From Candidatus Xenobia bacterium (lineage in GTDB: Bacteria > Vulcanimicrobiota > Xenobia > Xenobiales > QWHO01): 64,000 bases of DNA. Position 1 is the stretch's first letter; each line of letters begins with the position of its first letter. Shown one piece after another: positions 1 to 9,679 of the stretch. The translations under genes and the position numbers were made by a program. The notes beneath the pieces were generated by a model that was given only the letters and a program-made list of their open reading frames with translations, was not told where the DNA came from and did no database searches. The stretch is from contig BTUM01000018.1 in assembly GCA_045863235.1 (NCBI GenBank), positions 50,922-114,921 of the forward strand. Reading direction: 5' to 3'.

Positions 1-140
1 ACGGGGCTCACGTCCAGGGCCTGAAAGGCCGGCAGAGCGGTCCTTGAGCTCTCCAACTCGGGAGCCAGCTCCTCCCCGCCGGTTTGCCAGCGGACAGCCT
101 CCAGGGGATCGAATGGACTGGTCGGTTGGATCCTGTGCAT
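1..140 (-). CDS. Hypothetical protein, 5' part only (runs off window)
   Basis: ATG at 140, 4 nt after the upstream gene's stop; open to the window edge: MHRIQPTSPFDPLEAVRWQTGGEELAPELE... Confidence 0.55.
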   Translation of the reverse strand, partial: MHRIQPTSPFDPLEAVRWQTGGEELAPELESSRTALPAFQALDVSP

Positions 141-144
141 GTGC

Positions 145-579
145 TCATTGCAGGGCCCGATCGGAGGCCCGTTCTCCTCCCCAGCGCAAGGTGATCTGGT
201 CGTCATACTTGTCGGCGATCAGCACCACGGCCATCACCGAGCTGCGCAGCTCGGGCGGGTCGCAGGTGCTGCCCAACACGGAGTGCTGGAAGAACACGTC
301 TCCTTTGCCCTCCATCCCGAACCCTCCGAACAGGGCCCGGTTGTTCTCGTGCAGCAGAAATTCCAGCAGCTCATAGGTGGGATCCACGCCGGTGGCCACG
401 TAGGCGCGGGTGACCAGCACGGAGTCCTCCTCGCCGAAGGGCTTGACGCTGACCTGCGCCATGGCCGACCCTACGGCCACCCCCAACGTCAGCTCGTCAG
501 GCGATGCCACCACCCGCTCCACGCCAAACAGCTCCACCAGCCACTGGCGGGCTTTCTCGTAGCAGGCCTCAGGCGTCAT
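145..579 (-). CDS. YbjN / type III secretion chaperone-like (TY-Chap) domain protein
   Basis: 144 aa; LLEFLLHENNRALFGGFG and ELRSSVMAVVLIADKYDDQI match the YbjN/CesT-like family pattern. Confidence 0.75.
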   Translation of the reverse strand: MTPEACYEKARQWLVELFGVERVVASPDELTLGVAVGSAMAQVSVKPFGEEDSVLVTRAYVATGVDPTYELLEFLLHENNRALFGGFGMEGKGDVFFQHSVLGSTCDPPELRSSVMAVVLIADKYDDQITLRWGGERASDRALQ

Positions 580-1129
580 AGCTCGCTCCCGTCGTGGTGG
601 TCTGCCGGTCGAGGTGGTCGCCGTAGGCGACCAGGGCGGCCAGGCGGCGAGAGGCGGATTCGACCAGGGGTGCGGCCTCTTCGTCTTGCCCCTGCTCGAT
701 CAGGTCGAAGGCTTCCAGCCACTGCTCGATGGCGGTCTTGAGGAAGGCGTGGATGAGGACGCTCTCCTGGGTGACCTCGTGTTGCTCGACGAGGAGATTG
801 GCGTAAAGCTCCCAGCGCTTTTCGACTTCGGCGCGGGCGCCTTGCACGTCGCCCTGGGCGACCTTCAGATAGGGTCCCTGCTGCCACTCAGGCTCAATCA
901 GCCACTCGCCGACCTGGATGAGGGCCGACTCCAGCGGGCGCTGCTCCCAGATCTCTTCGCGCCGACGCACGAAACTGGCATAGAGATCCTCCACGTTCGA
1001 GTGGGGCTGTTCGGCCGCCCAGCGGTTGAAGAGAGCGCGGTTCAAATCACTGGTCAGGTTCTTTTGTCTGGAGTCTTCGTCCTGCGCCGGGATGGTCACA
1101 GAGGGCACAAAGGGACCAGGTGCCAGCAA
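569..1129 (-). CDS. Hypothetical helical protein (start uncertain)
   Basis: Protein-like composition, overlaps the downstream gene start by 11 nt. Confidence 0.65.
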   Translation of the reverse strand: MLAPGPFVPSVTIPAQDEDSRQKNLTSDLNRALFNRWAAEQPHSNVEDLYASFVRRREEIWEQRPLESALIQVGEWLIEPEWQQGPYLKVAQGDVQGARAEVEKRWELYANLLVEQHEVTQESVLIHAFLKTAIEQWLEAFDLIEQGQDEEAAPLVESASRRLAALVAYGDHLDRQTTTTGASYDA

Positions 1130-1215
1130 GTGCGCACGAAACGTCTGCTAATCCTTCGGTGGGGTCGCACAACAGGGCCGGCACGCAGAACGGCAGCAAG
1201 CACGCGCTCGCCCCC

Positions 1216-2838
1216 TCACGACTCCCTGGTCACCGGCACCATCAGGTGCGCCTCGCCCAGGTGCAGCGTTACCCGCCCGGGCGGACCCGGTTGGTAGCCG
1301 GCGGGGAAGGCGCCCAGGATGGGGTTGCGCATGAAGAACCAGGTGCCCTGCAGATCCAGGCGCAGGACGTCGCCCGGGAAGAAGACCGTGGCGCTCGGCA
1401 GCAGTTGTAGCTCCAGCGTCACTTTCTGGCCCGGCGAGAGCGGCTTGAGCTCCGTGTGGCTGTGCACCGGCTCCCACGGCCTGGACTCCTCGAGCTGCCG
1501 GTGTGACGCCCGCAGCATGCCGATCGTGACAGGGCCCCGGTTGAAACCGTAGGAGCCCTCGAACGTGACCTCCTGGCCGCCGCGCAGCTTGCGCACCGCC
1601 GCGAAGAGGTGGACGTCCGGAGCCGCCGCCTCCAGCTCGACCAGCAGCTTCATGGGCCCCGTCAGCTCGATCTCGCGCTCGATCTTCCACGAGAAGCTGA
1701 GACGCCCGCCGCGGCTCTGAAAGCTCGGCGAGCCGCTTCCGGGCGTGAGCTGCAGAGTCTTGTCCGCGTGCAGGTAAAGCTTCGTCCAGCGCGTCGAGTC
1801 CAGCGGCCAGGCCGTCTCGGCCCGCACGTCGTGCACCGTGTCGCCCGTGTCCCGCACCTCGAGTCGGACGCGCGGAAGCTTCGGGGGCGGGCCGTCCTTG
1901 AGGAAGTGGTCCAGGAACTCCGTCTGGGCCGCCAGCCCCGCGGGCGAGTAATACTCGGCCCACTTGCCGCCCCGGTGCGTGTAGAGCCATTTCTGCTCGG
2001 ACGCGATCCGGTCGAACGCGCGGAAACTGCCCCGCGTGTGGAGGTTGTGATCGGAGAAGCTGCCGCAGATCAGCGCGGGTGTGACGATCTGGCCGAGATT
2101 GGGCGTCAGCGCCCGGTACCACTCGTCGCGCAGGTCGCGCCTGGTCTGTTCCTCTCGCAGGCGCGTGCGGCAGCGCGGCTGGCGCCTCACGGCAAAGGAC
2201 CAGATGATGGTGAACCCGTCCTCGCGCACCCCGCCGGGGCGGACCAGATCGCGGTAGAGGTCGCTAAAGCCCTCCCAGGCCACCATCGCGGCCAGGTGCG
2301 GAGGGCGCAGCGCCGCCATCTTCCACTGGCTGAGGCACAGGTAGGAGACGCCGTTCGTGGCCACCTTCCCGGTGCACCAGGGCTGCCCGGCCACCCACTC
2401 GATGAGGTCGTAATAGTCCTGCGCCTCCTGGTCGGAGAACAGGTCGCCCTCGCCCTCGGAGCGAAAGAATCCGCGCAGGTCGCAGTTCACCAGCGCGTAG
2501 CCGCGCGGCACCCAGTAGCCCGGGTCCGGGCCCTCCCAGCTCGTCCACTGGCTCACGCTGAACGCTCCGGACTGGCGCATCACGCGGTAGGTGAACGGGA
2601 TCTTGCCGATCGGCAGGTTGTCTTTGCCGTAGGGGTGGGCGCAGACGATCGCGGGCCAGGGGCCGTCTCCCTCGGGAAGGAACAGGTTGCAGCGCAGCAC
2701 CGTGCCGTCGCGGACGTTGAGCTCCTGGTCCTTCAAGAACCGCACGCCCTCAGGGGGCTTGGTGAAGGTCACCGGAGGCGCCAAGAACCGCTTGATGCGA
2801 TCCAGCGCGTAGCCCGCTCCTGGGAAGTCGTAGCTCAT
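1216..2838 (-). CDS. CocE/NonD family hydrolase (peptidase S15-like)
   Basis: HPYGKD, nucleophile GVSY motif, DLRGFFRSEG, C-terminal PepX-like jelly-roll (ELTGPMKL). Confidence 0.9.
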   Translation of the reverse strand: MSYDFPGAGYALDRIKRFLAPPVTFTKPPEGVRFLKDQELNVRDGTVLRCNLFLPEGDGPWPAIVCAHPYGKDNLPIGKIPFTYRVMRQSGAFSVSQWTSWEGPDPGYWVPRGYALVNCDLRGFFRSEGEGDLFSDQEAQDYYDLIEWVAGQPWCTGKVATNGVSYLCLSQWKMAALRPPHLAAMVAWEGFSDLYRDLVRPGGVREDGFTIIWSFAVRRQPRCRTRLREEQTRRDLRDEWYRALTPNLGQIVTPALICGSFSDHNLHTRGSFRAFDRIASEQKWLYTHRGGKWAEYYSPAGLAAQTEFLDHFLKDGPPPKLPRVRLEVRDTGDTVHDVRAETAWPLDSTRWTKLYLHADKTLQLTPGSGSPSFQSRGGRLSFSWKIEREIELTGPMKLLVELEAAAPDVHLFAAVRKLRGGQEVTFEGSYGFNRGPVTIGMLRASHRQLEESRPWEPVHSHTELKPLSPGQKVTLELQLLPSATVFFPGDVLRLDLQGTWFFMRNPILGAFPAGYQPGPPGRVTLHLGEAHLMVPVTRES

Positions 2839-2924
2839 GCTCGGCTGGCATTCCCGGCCCGAGAGGCCGAGCCCTGGTCCGGGGCGAACCCCGGCGCATG
2901 CGCACGGTTCGGGCCGAAGCTCAT

Positions 2925-3215
2925 ATTAAGACGATGGGTAGCAAAGTCGTCAAGCTACAGCCGATCAACGGCTTCGCCGCGGAATTGACTGCCGGCACCG
3001 TCCTGCTCACCAGCGGCACCCTGGGCTTCCCCGTCTCGACCACCCACGTCACCACCGGTGCCATTATGGGTGTGGGGGCCTCCAAGCGCGTCTCGGCCGT
3101 GCGCTGGGGTGTGGCCGGGAACATCCTGACCGCCTGGCTCCTGACCATTCCTGCCGCCGCTTTCGTGGGGGGCATGGCGATGTTGCTCATTAAGGCCCTG
3201 TCTCCCAGCATTTGA
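2925..3215 (+). pseudogene. C-terminal fragment of a PiT-family inorganic phosphate transporter
   Basis: IKTMGSKVVKLQPINGFAAE...PVSTTH...IMGVG...VRWGVAGNILTAWLLTIP is the PiT C-terminal signature; only ~95 aa present, no room for the N-terminal part. Confidence 0.8.
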
Positions 3216-3338
3216 TGGTGGCCAGGACCTCTACGATCGCCGGCCTGCGGGTTCTCGGCTGAAAGCGAGCCTGCAGCCAACCTGGCCCACGCATCGCGTT
3301 CCTGGCCGATCTGGCTCATGCGCTGAGGAGGCGGGAGC

Positions 3339-4151
3339 TTAAGGTTTTGCCTGAAACACCAGAGACGTGCCTTTCAGGGACACGGCCACCGGGTTCGGCT
3401 GCAGCGCGCAGGCCAGCGCCAGAGTCTGGGCCACCGGACGAGCCGAGACCCAGCACGTCACATTGCCCGAGGGAGGCTGCCCCTCGATCGACAGCTTCAT
3501 CTCCTTGGCGCTGATCTGACAGACAAACGCCAGATCAGCCATCATGAAGTCCATCGAGACCTTTTTGACCGGCGCCTGGCTCAGAGAGCTCAGGTTCTGC
3601 TCGAAACGGGCCACGACGGCCTTCAGGCTGGTCTGCCGAGCCACGATGGTCACTCCTCGATGCTTCGTCCATCCAAAGGACGTGTTCTGCAGGACCTGAT
3701 CCATGGCCTGACTCGCCACGAAAACCGAGTGCAGCGTGACCTTTCCCGAGACGTCGGGTGCGATCTGCACTTCCTTGCGGTCGACCAGGCACACCAATTT
3801 GACCGCATGGGGAAGGCTGGCCCCTTGCAGTCGCAAGCTCGGACCCTGGGACAGCGCCGCGTTGGCATCGCCCGCCATCGCTATCGGAAACCTCGCCGAG
3901 CCGTAACCGAGCACGATCTGGTGGGGGTCAACCGCATGCACCACATAAGACCCGAGGCTCTGGCCCGGACGCACCAGGTAGGCCTCACCGCCAGTGACCC
4001 GGACGATCGCGTAGCGACCGCTCTTGCAGACGAGCAGGCCCTCCACAGAGACGCCCGGCTCGGAAACCTCCTCAGCGGATACGGCCCCTGACAGACACAG
4101 GAGCGCCCACAACGCTACAATCAGCCGCGCAGAGAACGGGAATGCAAGCAT
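3339..4151 (-). CDS. Exported protein with PilP/GspC-like domain followed by two secretin-N0/STN-like segments
   Basis: Signal peptide; YAIVR..GEAYLVRPGQSLG (PilP-like); SLRLQGASL..IAPDVSGKVTL and VSMDFMMADL..SGNVT (N0/STN-like). Confidence 0.55.
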   Translation of the reverse strand: MLAFPFSARLIVALWALLCLSGAVSAEEVSEPGVSVEGLLVCKSGRYAIVRVTGGEAYLVRPGQSLGSYVVHAVDPHQIVLGYGSARFPIAMAGDANAALSQGPSLRLQGASLPHAVKLVCLVDRKEVQIAPDVSGKVTLHSVFVASQAMDQVLQNTSFGWTKHRGVTIVARQTSLKAVVARFEQNLSSLSQAPVKKVSMDFMMADLAFVCQISAKEMKLSIEGQPPSGNVTCWVSARPVAQTLALACALQPNPVAVSLKGTSLVFQAKP

Positions 4152-4254
4152 GCCAGCATACTAATCCGAAACACAGAGGGTTTCAACTGCATGACAATCG
4201 GGCGAACGCGCAATCTGTTGAGCGGCGCCGGAACGAAGTTCCAGCGCAAGAGCT

Positions 4255-6858
4255 TCAATCTTCCCGCGCCAGCCGCTGACTGACCAGCGGCTCCCCGCAG
4301 CGCTCGGCAATGCGCCTGCGCGCCTCGTGGGCCAGGGCGAGGGCTTGCTCGAACCCCGGGCCCTCCGGCTCGAGCAGGCCCAGGAACTCCACCACCAGAC
4401 GCCCCGGCCGCGGGATCAGGCGCGGCCAGGGCAGGGCCCGCCGGGTGCCGCGCAGGGCCACCACGCACACCGGCACGCCCGCCTCGGCGGCGGCCAGGAA
4501 CAGCCCGAGCATGAACGGCCGCAGCCCGATGCTGATCTCCAGCCCCCCTTCCGGATAGCCGGCGATCGTCTCCCCGGCGCGCAAGATGGACGCTTGCTCG
4601 CGAGCCTGCTCGGCGGCCGCGTCGGCCCGGCCGCGCACCACCGCGATCAGCCCCAGGTTGCCCAGCACGGGACGCACCAGGGGCAGGCGGGCTACCCAGC
4701 TGGCCACCACGAAACGAAGCGGCAGGGGGCAGGCGGCCATCAGGGCCAACGAGTCGAGCAAGCTGGAGTGGTTGGCCACCAGCACGCAGGGTTGGCGGGG
4801 TGGCTCCCCGCTGACCGCCAGCTTCAGTCCGGTCAGGCGGAGCAGGGCCCGGCACAGGGGCCGGGTCAGCCTGCGCGCCTTGCGCGGCCCGGCCGCCAGC
4901 AAGGTCAGCCATGAGGCGGCCGCCAGCAGCCAGCACCAGCCTCCATAAGCCCGGCGGATCCCCTCTTTCAGGCCTGCGCGCAGGCGTCTTTTCAGCTCGG
5001 CCAGCACCAGCCTCAGGCCCGGGCGGTCTGGCCCGAGCTTACCCTCAAGCGCCCGCTTCTTGCACTCCGAGCGGCGGATCTTCCCGCTTGGCGTCTTGAG
5101 CACGGCCCCCGGTGGGGCGAGCAGCACCCTGTCCGGCGCCAGGCCCAGGCCCTCGAGAATGCGCGTGCGCACGGCCTGCTCGAGCTCGGGGGAGGGCGCG
5201 CGGGTCTCGCACAGCACCCACAGCTCCTCGGTGCCCGACTCGCCCGAGCTCACCCCGAAGGCGGCCACGCAGCCGCGGCGCACGCCCTCCACCTCGGCGG
5301 CCAGATCCTCCACGTCTTCCGGGTGCAGGTTGCGGCCGGCCTTCAGGATCAGGTCCTTGAGCCGCCCGGTCACGTAGAGCTCACCCTCGAAGAGATAGCC
5401 CTGGTCGCCCGTATCCACCCAACCCTCGGGGTCCTTGACCGGCTCGGGACGGCGGTAGTACTCGCAGAGCGAGGACGGGCCACGGAACTCGACGGGGCCC
5501 TCCTGCCGCTCGCCGCTCGCGCCCCGGATGCGCACCTCCATGTCGGGCAGGGCGCTGCCGCACGAGACCACGGCTCGCCCCTCGAACAGGTCCGTCTTCA
5601 GTCCCCGCCCCGGGGGAGGAAAGGTCACCCCCAGCGAGGCCTCGGCCAACCCGTAGGCGGGGAAGACGGCTCCGGGCCGGAACCCGTAGGGCGCATAGCG
5701 GCGGCAGAAGCGCTCCATGGTCTCGGGTCGCACCGCCTCGGCGCCGTTGAGGGCGATGCGCCAGCTGGAGAGCTCCAGACCCTCCAGCTCGGCGTCGGGA
5801 ATGCGCCGGGCGCAGATCTCATAGGCGAAGTTGGGCGCCGGGGAGATGGTGGCCCGGTGGTGGCTGATGGCCTGCAGCCAGCGCGAGGGGCGGGCCAGGA
5901 AGTCCTGCGGCCCCATCAGCACCAGCGGGATGCCGTGGTACAGCGAGCCGAGCAGCGAGCCGATCAGCCCCATGTCGTGGTAGAGCGGCAGCCAGCTCAC
6001 GGTGATGTCTTCGGGCCCGATGGCCATGCCGCGCCCGTAGGAGCGCAGGTTGGCCAGCAGGTTGGCGTGGCTCAGCACCACCCCCTTGGGCTGGCCGGTG
6101 CTGCCCGAGGTATACTGGATCAGCGCCACGCCGCTCGGCTGGCAGGGAGCGGCCACCTCCAGGGGGAGGCTCTCCACCGCGGCCACCCGCCACGACCCGC
6201 GCATCAGGTCGGCCACGGCCCGGGCCGCCTCCAGCGTGACCAGCACCTTCACCCGGGCGTTCTCGAGGATGGCATGCTGGCGTTTGAGATACTCTTCGAG
6301 CTGGTCGAGCCGGAAGGGGGGATAGAGCGGCACCGGGATGGCTCCCAGCCGCAGAATGCCAAAGTGCAGGCCCAGAAAGGGCAGGCCGGTGGGGAGCATG
6401 CTGCCCACCCGGTCGCCCGGCTCCACCCCCAGCTCGACCAGCCCGGCGGCGTAACGCTCGGCCTCGCGCCACAGCTGGGCATAGCTGACGGGCGGGAGGC
6501 CCTCGAGGTAGAGGAAGGGGCGGTCGTGGGCGGCCTGGTAGGCCAGCACCTCGATCAGGGTCTCGGCTTTGTCGGGCAGGGGAGGAACGGCCGTGATCTG
6601 GGCGACCGGTTGCCTTTCGGGTGGGCGACCCTCCAGGGCGGCCACCAGGTCGGCCACGGTGGCGGCCTGAAAGACCGCCTGCTCGTTCACCCGCTGCCCC
6701 AGCTCGGCCTCCAGGCGCTGCACCAGCTGCACCCGCTCCAGGCTGCCCAGGCCGAAGTCGCGCTCGAGGTGAGCGTGCTGGCCCAGCGCATTGACGTCGC
6801 GCTCGGGAGTCAACTCGGCCGAGAGCTGCCTGACCGCCTGCAAGATGCGGTCGGTCAC
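4255..6858 (-). CDS. Acyl carrier protein - fatty acyl-AMP ligase - PlsC-type acyltransferase fusion
   Basis: GTG start at 6858 in a GTGA overlap with the upstream stop; ACP motif DFGLGSLERV; YTSGSTGQPKG, WLPLYHDMGLIG, YGLAE; acyltransferase NHSSLLD and YPEG. Confidence 0.88.
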   Translation of the reverse strand: MTDRILQAVRQLSAELTPERDVNALGQHAHLERDFGLGSLERVQLVQRLEAELGQRVNEQAVFQAATVADLVAALEGRPPERQPVAQITAVPPLPDKAETLIEVLAYQAAHDRPFLYLEGLPPVSYAQLWREAERYAAGLVELGVEPGDRVGSMLPTGLPFLGLHFGILRLGAIPVPLYPPFRLDQLEEYLKRQHAILENARVKVLVTLEAARAVADLMRGSWRVAAVESLPLEVAAPCQPSGVALIQYTSGSTGQPKGVVLSHANLLANLRSYGRGMAIGPEDITVSWLPLYHDMGLIGSLLGSLYHGIPLVLMGPQDFLARPSRWLQAISHHRATISPAPNFAYEICARRIPDAELEGLELSSWRIALNGAEAVRPETMERFCRRYAPYGFRPGAVFPAYGLAEASLGVTFPPPGRGLKTDLFEGRAVVSCGSALPDMEVRIRGASGERQEGPVEFRGPSSLCEYYRRPEPVKDPEGWVDTGDQGYLFEGELYVTGRLKDLILKAGRNLHPEDVEDLAAEVEGVRRGCVAAFGVSSGESGTEELWVLCETRAPSPELEQAVRTRILEGLGLAPDRVLLAPPGAVLKTPSGKIRRSECKKRALEGKLGPDRPGLRLVLAELKRRLRAGLKEGIRRAYGGWCWLLAAASWLTLLAAGPRKARRLTRPLCRALLRLTGLKLAVSGEPPRQPCVLVANHSSLLDSLALMAACPLPLRFVVASWVARLPLVRPVLGNLGLIAVVRGRADAAAEQAREQASILRAGETIAGYPEGGLEISIGLRPFMLGLFLAAAEAGVPVCVVALRGTRRALPWPRLIPRPGRLVVEFLGLLEPEGPGFEQALALAHEARRRIAERCGEPLVSQRLARED

Positions 6859-7592
6859 AGCCGGACCCTCGTCGTGATGGGAAAGTGGTCGGAGGGGAAC
6901 TTCCCGTTCAGGTGGCGGTGCACGATCTCGGCATGCAGCACTTGCAGGCGGGGGCTGGCGAAGATGAAGTCGATGCGCGGCCCGCTGCGCGCTCCGCTGA
7001 AGCCATGGAAGGTGCCCTGGCGCCTGGCGGTGGGGTGGCTCAGGCGGAAGGTGTCCAGCCAGCCGGCCTCCTTGAGCAGCCGCACCGGCCGCGAGCCTTC
7101 CTGGGCGTTGAAGTCGCCCAGCAGCAGAGTCGGGTGCTCGGGACGCACCCGCTCGAGCACGGCCTGCAGACCGAACAGGCGCGACTTCTGGCCTAGGTAG
7201 TCGAGGTGAAAGTTGAACACGTCCAGCTCCGCGCTGCGCACGAAGGTGCAGATGCGCGGCAGGGCTGCGTCCCAGGCCCGGCGGCCCAGCAGGCCTCTGG
7301 GGTGCAGCGCGAAGGTCCCCCCCTGCTCGACGTGGAGCCGGTCCGAGCGCCAGAAAATGCAGCACTGCTCGCCCCGTCCGCGCCCGTTGCGTCCCTCGCC
7401 CAGGCTGGCGTAGCCTGGCAGCGCCTGCTCGAGATCGCGCCGCTGGCCGGGGAGCACCTCCTGAAAGCCGATCAGGTCGGGACGCTCCTCGCGCAGCAGC
7501 TCCAGTGCCAGGGGGCGGCGTCGGCTCCAGGAGTTGGAGCCGTCCAGCACGGTGGCAAAGCGCAGGTTGAAGCTCATAACGGTCAGCTCCAT
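6855..7592 (-). CDS. Endonuclease/exonuclease/phosphatase family protein
   Basis: VMSFNLR, GFQEV, LGDFN, RIDFIF, SDHFP motifs. Confidence 0.9.
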   Translation of the reverse strand: MELTVMSFNLRFATVLDGSNSWSRRRPLALELLREERPDLIGFQEVLPGQRRDLEQALPGYASLGEGRNGRGRGEQCCIFWRSDRLHVEQGGTFALHPRGLLGRRAWDAALPRICTFVRSAELDVFNFHLDYLGQKSRLFGLQAVLERVRPEHPTLLLGDFNAQEGSRPVRLLKEAGWLDTFRLSHPTARRQGTFHGFSGARSGPRIDFIFASPRLQVLHAEIVHRHLNGKFPSDHFPITTRVRL

Positions 7593-7753
7593 GGCCTGGA
7601 CGCTTCCCGGATTGTCAGTTGGGCCCTGCTGAAAGGTCTATCCGGGGGGCGGGATGGCTCCCAGCTGGACCAGAAGAGGTATCCGAGGGGGGTCAGCCCC
7701 TGCCCGCGATTTCCTGGCAGGGCGCCTTCGCGCGCCGGACGAAGCCGGTGAGC

Positions 7754-8665
7754 ATGGACTTCCTGCGAGGCCTGCTCAGACGAGGGAAGAAGCCGCAGCC
7801 CAGCCAGAGCCCCCCCCTCGCGCACGAGCCCATCCCCAGCCTGGCGCCCTTCCCCGCCACCGCTCTGGGGCCCACCGCGCCCGCCTGCCTCAAGCATCCG
7901 CCCGCTCTGGTGGGCTACCACACCAGCCCTGGCGGACTCGAGAAGCTGAGGGCCTCCGGGCTCGCTTTCCAGGAGATCCATTCCGACCCCGATGCCAGCG
8001 TGCATCCCCGCGACAGGCCAGGACTGCAGGAGATCATCGGACCGGCCTGCGGGGGGCGCTGGGAGTTCCTGGTCGTTCCGGAGCTGGGCGAACTGGCCGT
8101 GGGGGCCGACCAGATGGGTCTTGAGATGGAGTTCTTGCGCGACGACCTGGAGGTCTACTCGCTGGCCGACCCTGAGCGCGTGTTGAGCGAGGATTACCGG
8201 GGCATGCGGGCCACCCTCGACCATCTGCTGCAATGCACCCGCTGGCGCTATTCCGACGATGTGGCCGCCCCTGCCCCCTCCGGGCTGGCGGAATTTGGGT
8301 CCTATCGCATCGGGGTGCCCTTCGGTTTCATCCGCTGGCTTCCGTCCGAGGACGTCCTCTACCTGGTGCGCAAGGGCGCCTCGCACGACGTGGTCACCGT
8401 ACGCGTCACCGCTCACGGCATGGAGCCCGCCGATGACGGGCTGTTCAGCGAGTACCTGGCCGGGGTGGCCACCGGGGTGAGCCAGAACGAGCTGCTCGGG
8501 GGGGCTCGCTGCCTGGAGTTCATGGGCGCCAACGAGACCTGGTTCTACGAGCGCTGGTTCAGCAACTCGTTTGCTCAGGCCGGGGTTTCGGGGCTGGGCG
8601 GGCCAGGCGAGCGCGGCAAGCGGATCGGTCGGCTGGCGGTGGACAGCTTCGAGCAGGTGAGATGA
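7754..8665 (+). CDS. Hypothetical protein
   Basis: Long ORF with protein-like composition; ATG at 7754 chosen, start uncertain. Confidence 0.65.
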   Translation: MDFLRGLLRRGKKPQPSQSPPLAHEPIPSLAPFPATALGPTAPACLKHPPALVGYHTSPGGLEKLRASGLAFQEIHSDPDASVHPRDRPGLQEIIGPACGGRWEFLVVPELGELAVGADQMGLEMEFLRDDLEVYSLADPERVLSEDYRGMRATLDHLLQCTRWRYSDDVAAPAPSGLAEFGSYRIGVPFGFIRWLPSEDVLYLVRKGASHDVVTVRVTAHGMEPADDGLFSEYLAGVATGVSQNELLGGARCLEFMGANETWFYERWFSNSFAQAGVSGLGGPGERGKRIGRLAVDSFEQVR

Positions 8666-8711
8666 CCTGGAAGTCCGTCCCGATGAGAACATCAGGGGGC
8701 ATGCCGTTGGT

Positions 8712-9137
8712 TCACCCCTTGCTGACCAGAACGATTCCCGCCACGATCAGTGCCCCGCCGGCCAGGACCGAAGGCGTGACGTGCACCTGGCGGAACAAGA
8801 GCCAGGTGAAGAGCACCGTGAAGATGGGGTAGGAAAGCTCCACCAACCCCGCCAGGGTGGCGTTCTTGGCCTGGATTGAGAGCGAGATCAGGAGGTTGCC
8901 CAACCCGTAGGTAGCCAGCGCCCCCAGCGCCACCACCAAGGTGGAGCGGTCCGCCTGCAGGGCCCGCAAGTCCCCGCCGACCTTGGGAAAGCCGACAGCC
9001 AGGGCGATCATGGCGCTGGCCAGCCCCTGGAAGATGAGCAGCGTGGCGGGCGAGACTTTCCCCTGGAAGACGCGCTCGTTGAGCGAGTAGTTGAGGCCCC
9101 ACAGCATCGAGGCGGACAGGGCGTAGACCAGCCACAT
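8712..9137 (-). CDS. EamA/DMT family small transporter
   Basis: Five hydrophobic segments, ELSYPIFTVLF motif, GAAGGAG SD upstream of ATG 9137. Confidence 0.85.
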   Translation of the reverse strand: MWLVYALSASMLWGLNYSLNERVFQGKVSPATLLIFQGLASAMIALAVGFPKVGGDLRALQADRSTLVVALGALATYGLGNLLISLSIQAKNATLAGLVELSYPIFTVLFTWLLFRQVHVTPSVLAGGALIVAGIVLVSKG

Positions 9138-9234
9138 GGTGTTCGCTTCTCCTTCGAGCAGAGATTCCATCAGGATCGCCTGATGCGCGGTTTCTTGCTT
9201 CGATCAGGCGATCTCTTGACCTCCGGAGCAGGGC

Positions 9235-9618
9235 TCAGACCTTTTGCGCAAGGGAGATGGTCGTGCCGTCTGGATCGAGCACGATGGCCGCCCAGAAGCC
9301 GAAATCCTCCAGATTGGTGGGCGGCTTGAGCACCTTGACTCCGCGAGCGACCAGCTCGGCAAAGGCAGCCTGCAGGTCGCTCACATAAAAACCGAACGAG
9401 CAGGTGCCAGCGGTCGGACGGGCAGGCAGCTCGGTGAGGTGCGGCACCGGCTCGGGGTCGCCCCAACCGTGCAGCACCAGGGTGGTGGGGCCGGTCGAGA
9501 ACTCGCTCCACCCCGGCGACTCGAACCGCAGCGTGAGCCCCAGAACGTCGCGGTAGAAGGCAACCGAGCGCTGCATGTCGGTCACCATGACCATCATGTA
9601 GTGGGGATGCTGAAACAT
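9235..9618 (-). CDS. VOC / glyoxalase family protein
   Basis: VTDMQRSVAFYRDVLGL and LDPDGTTISL motifs. Confidence 0.9.
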   Translation of the reverse strand: MFQHPHYMMVMVTDMQRSVAFYRDVLGLTLRFESPGWSEFSTGPTTLVLHGWGDPEPVPHLTELPARPTAGTCSFGFYVSDLQAAFAELVARGVKVLKPPTNLEDFGFWAAIVLDPDGTTISLAQKV

Positions 9619-9679
9619 GCTGGCGCAGTTCGGTCCTCGGAAGGCACGCCCTGCGTCGGCTGCGAAGCCTGGCAAGCTG

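Noticed and set aside
6859..7365. N-terminal extension of the 1036-aa ORF
   Set aside because: It overlaps the EEP gene out of frame; the GTGA overlap at 6855-6858 gives a better start.
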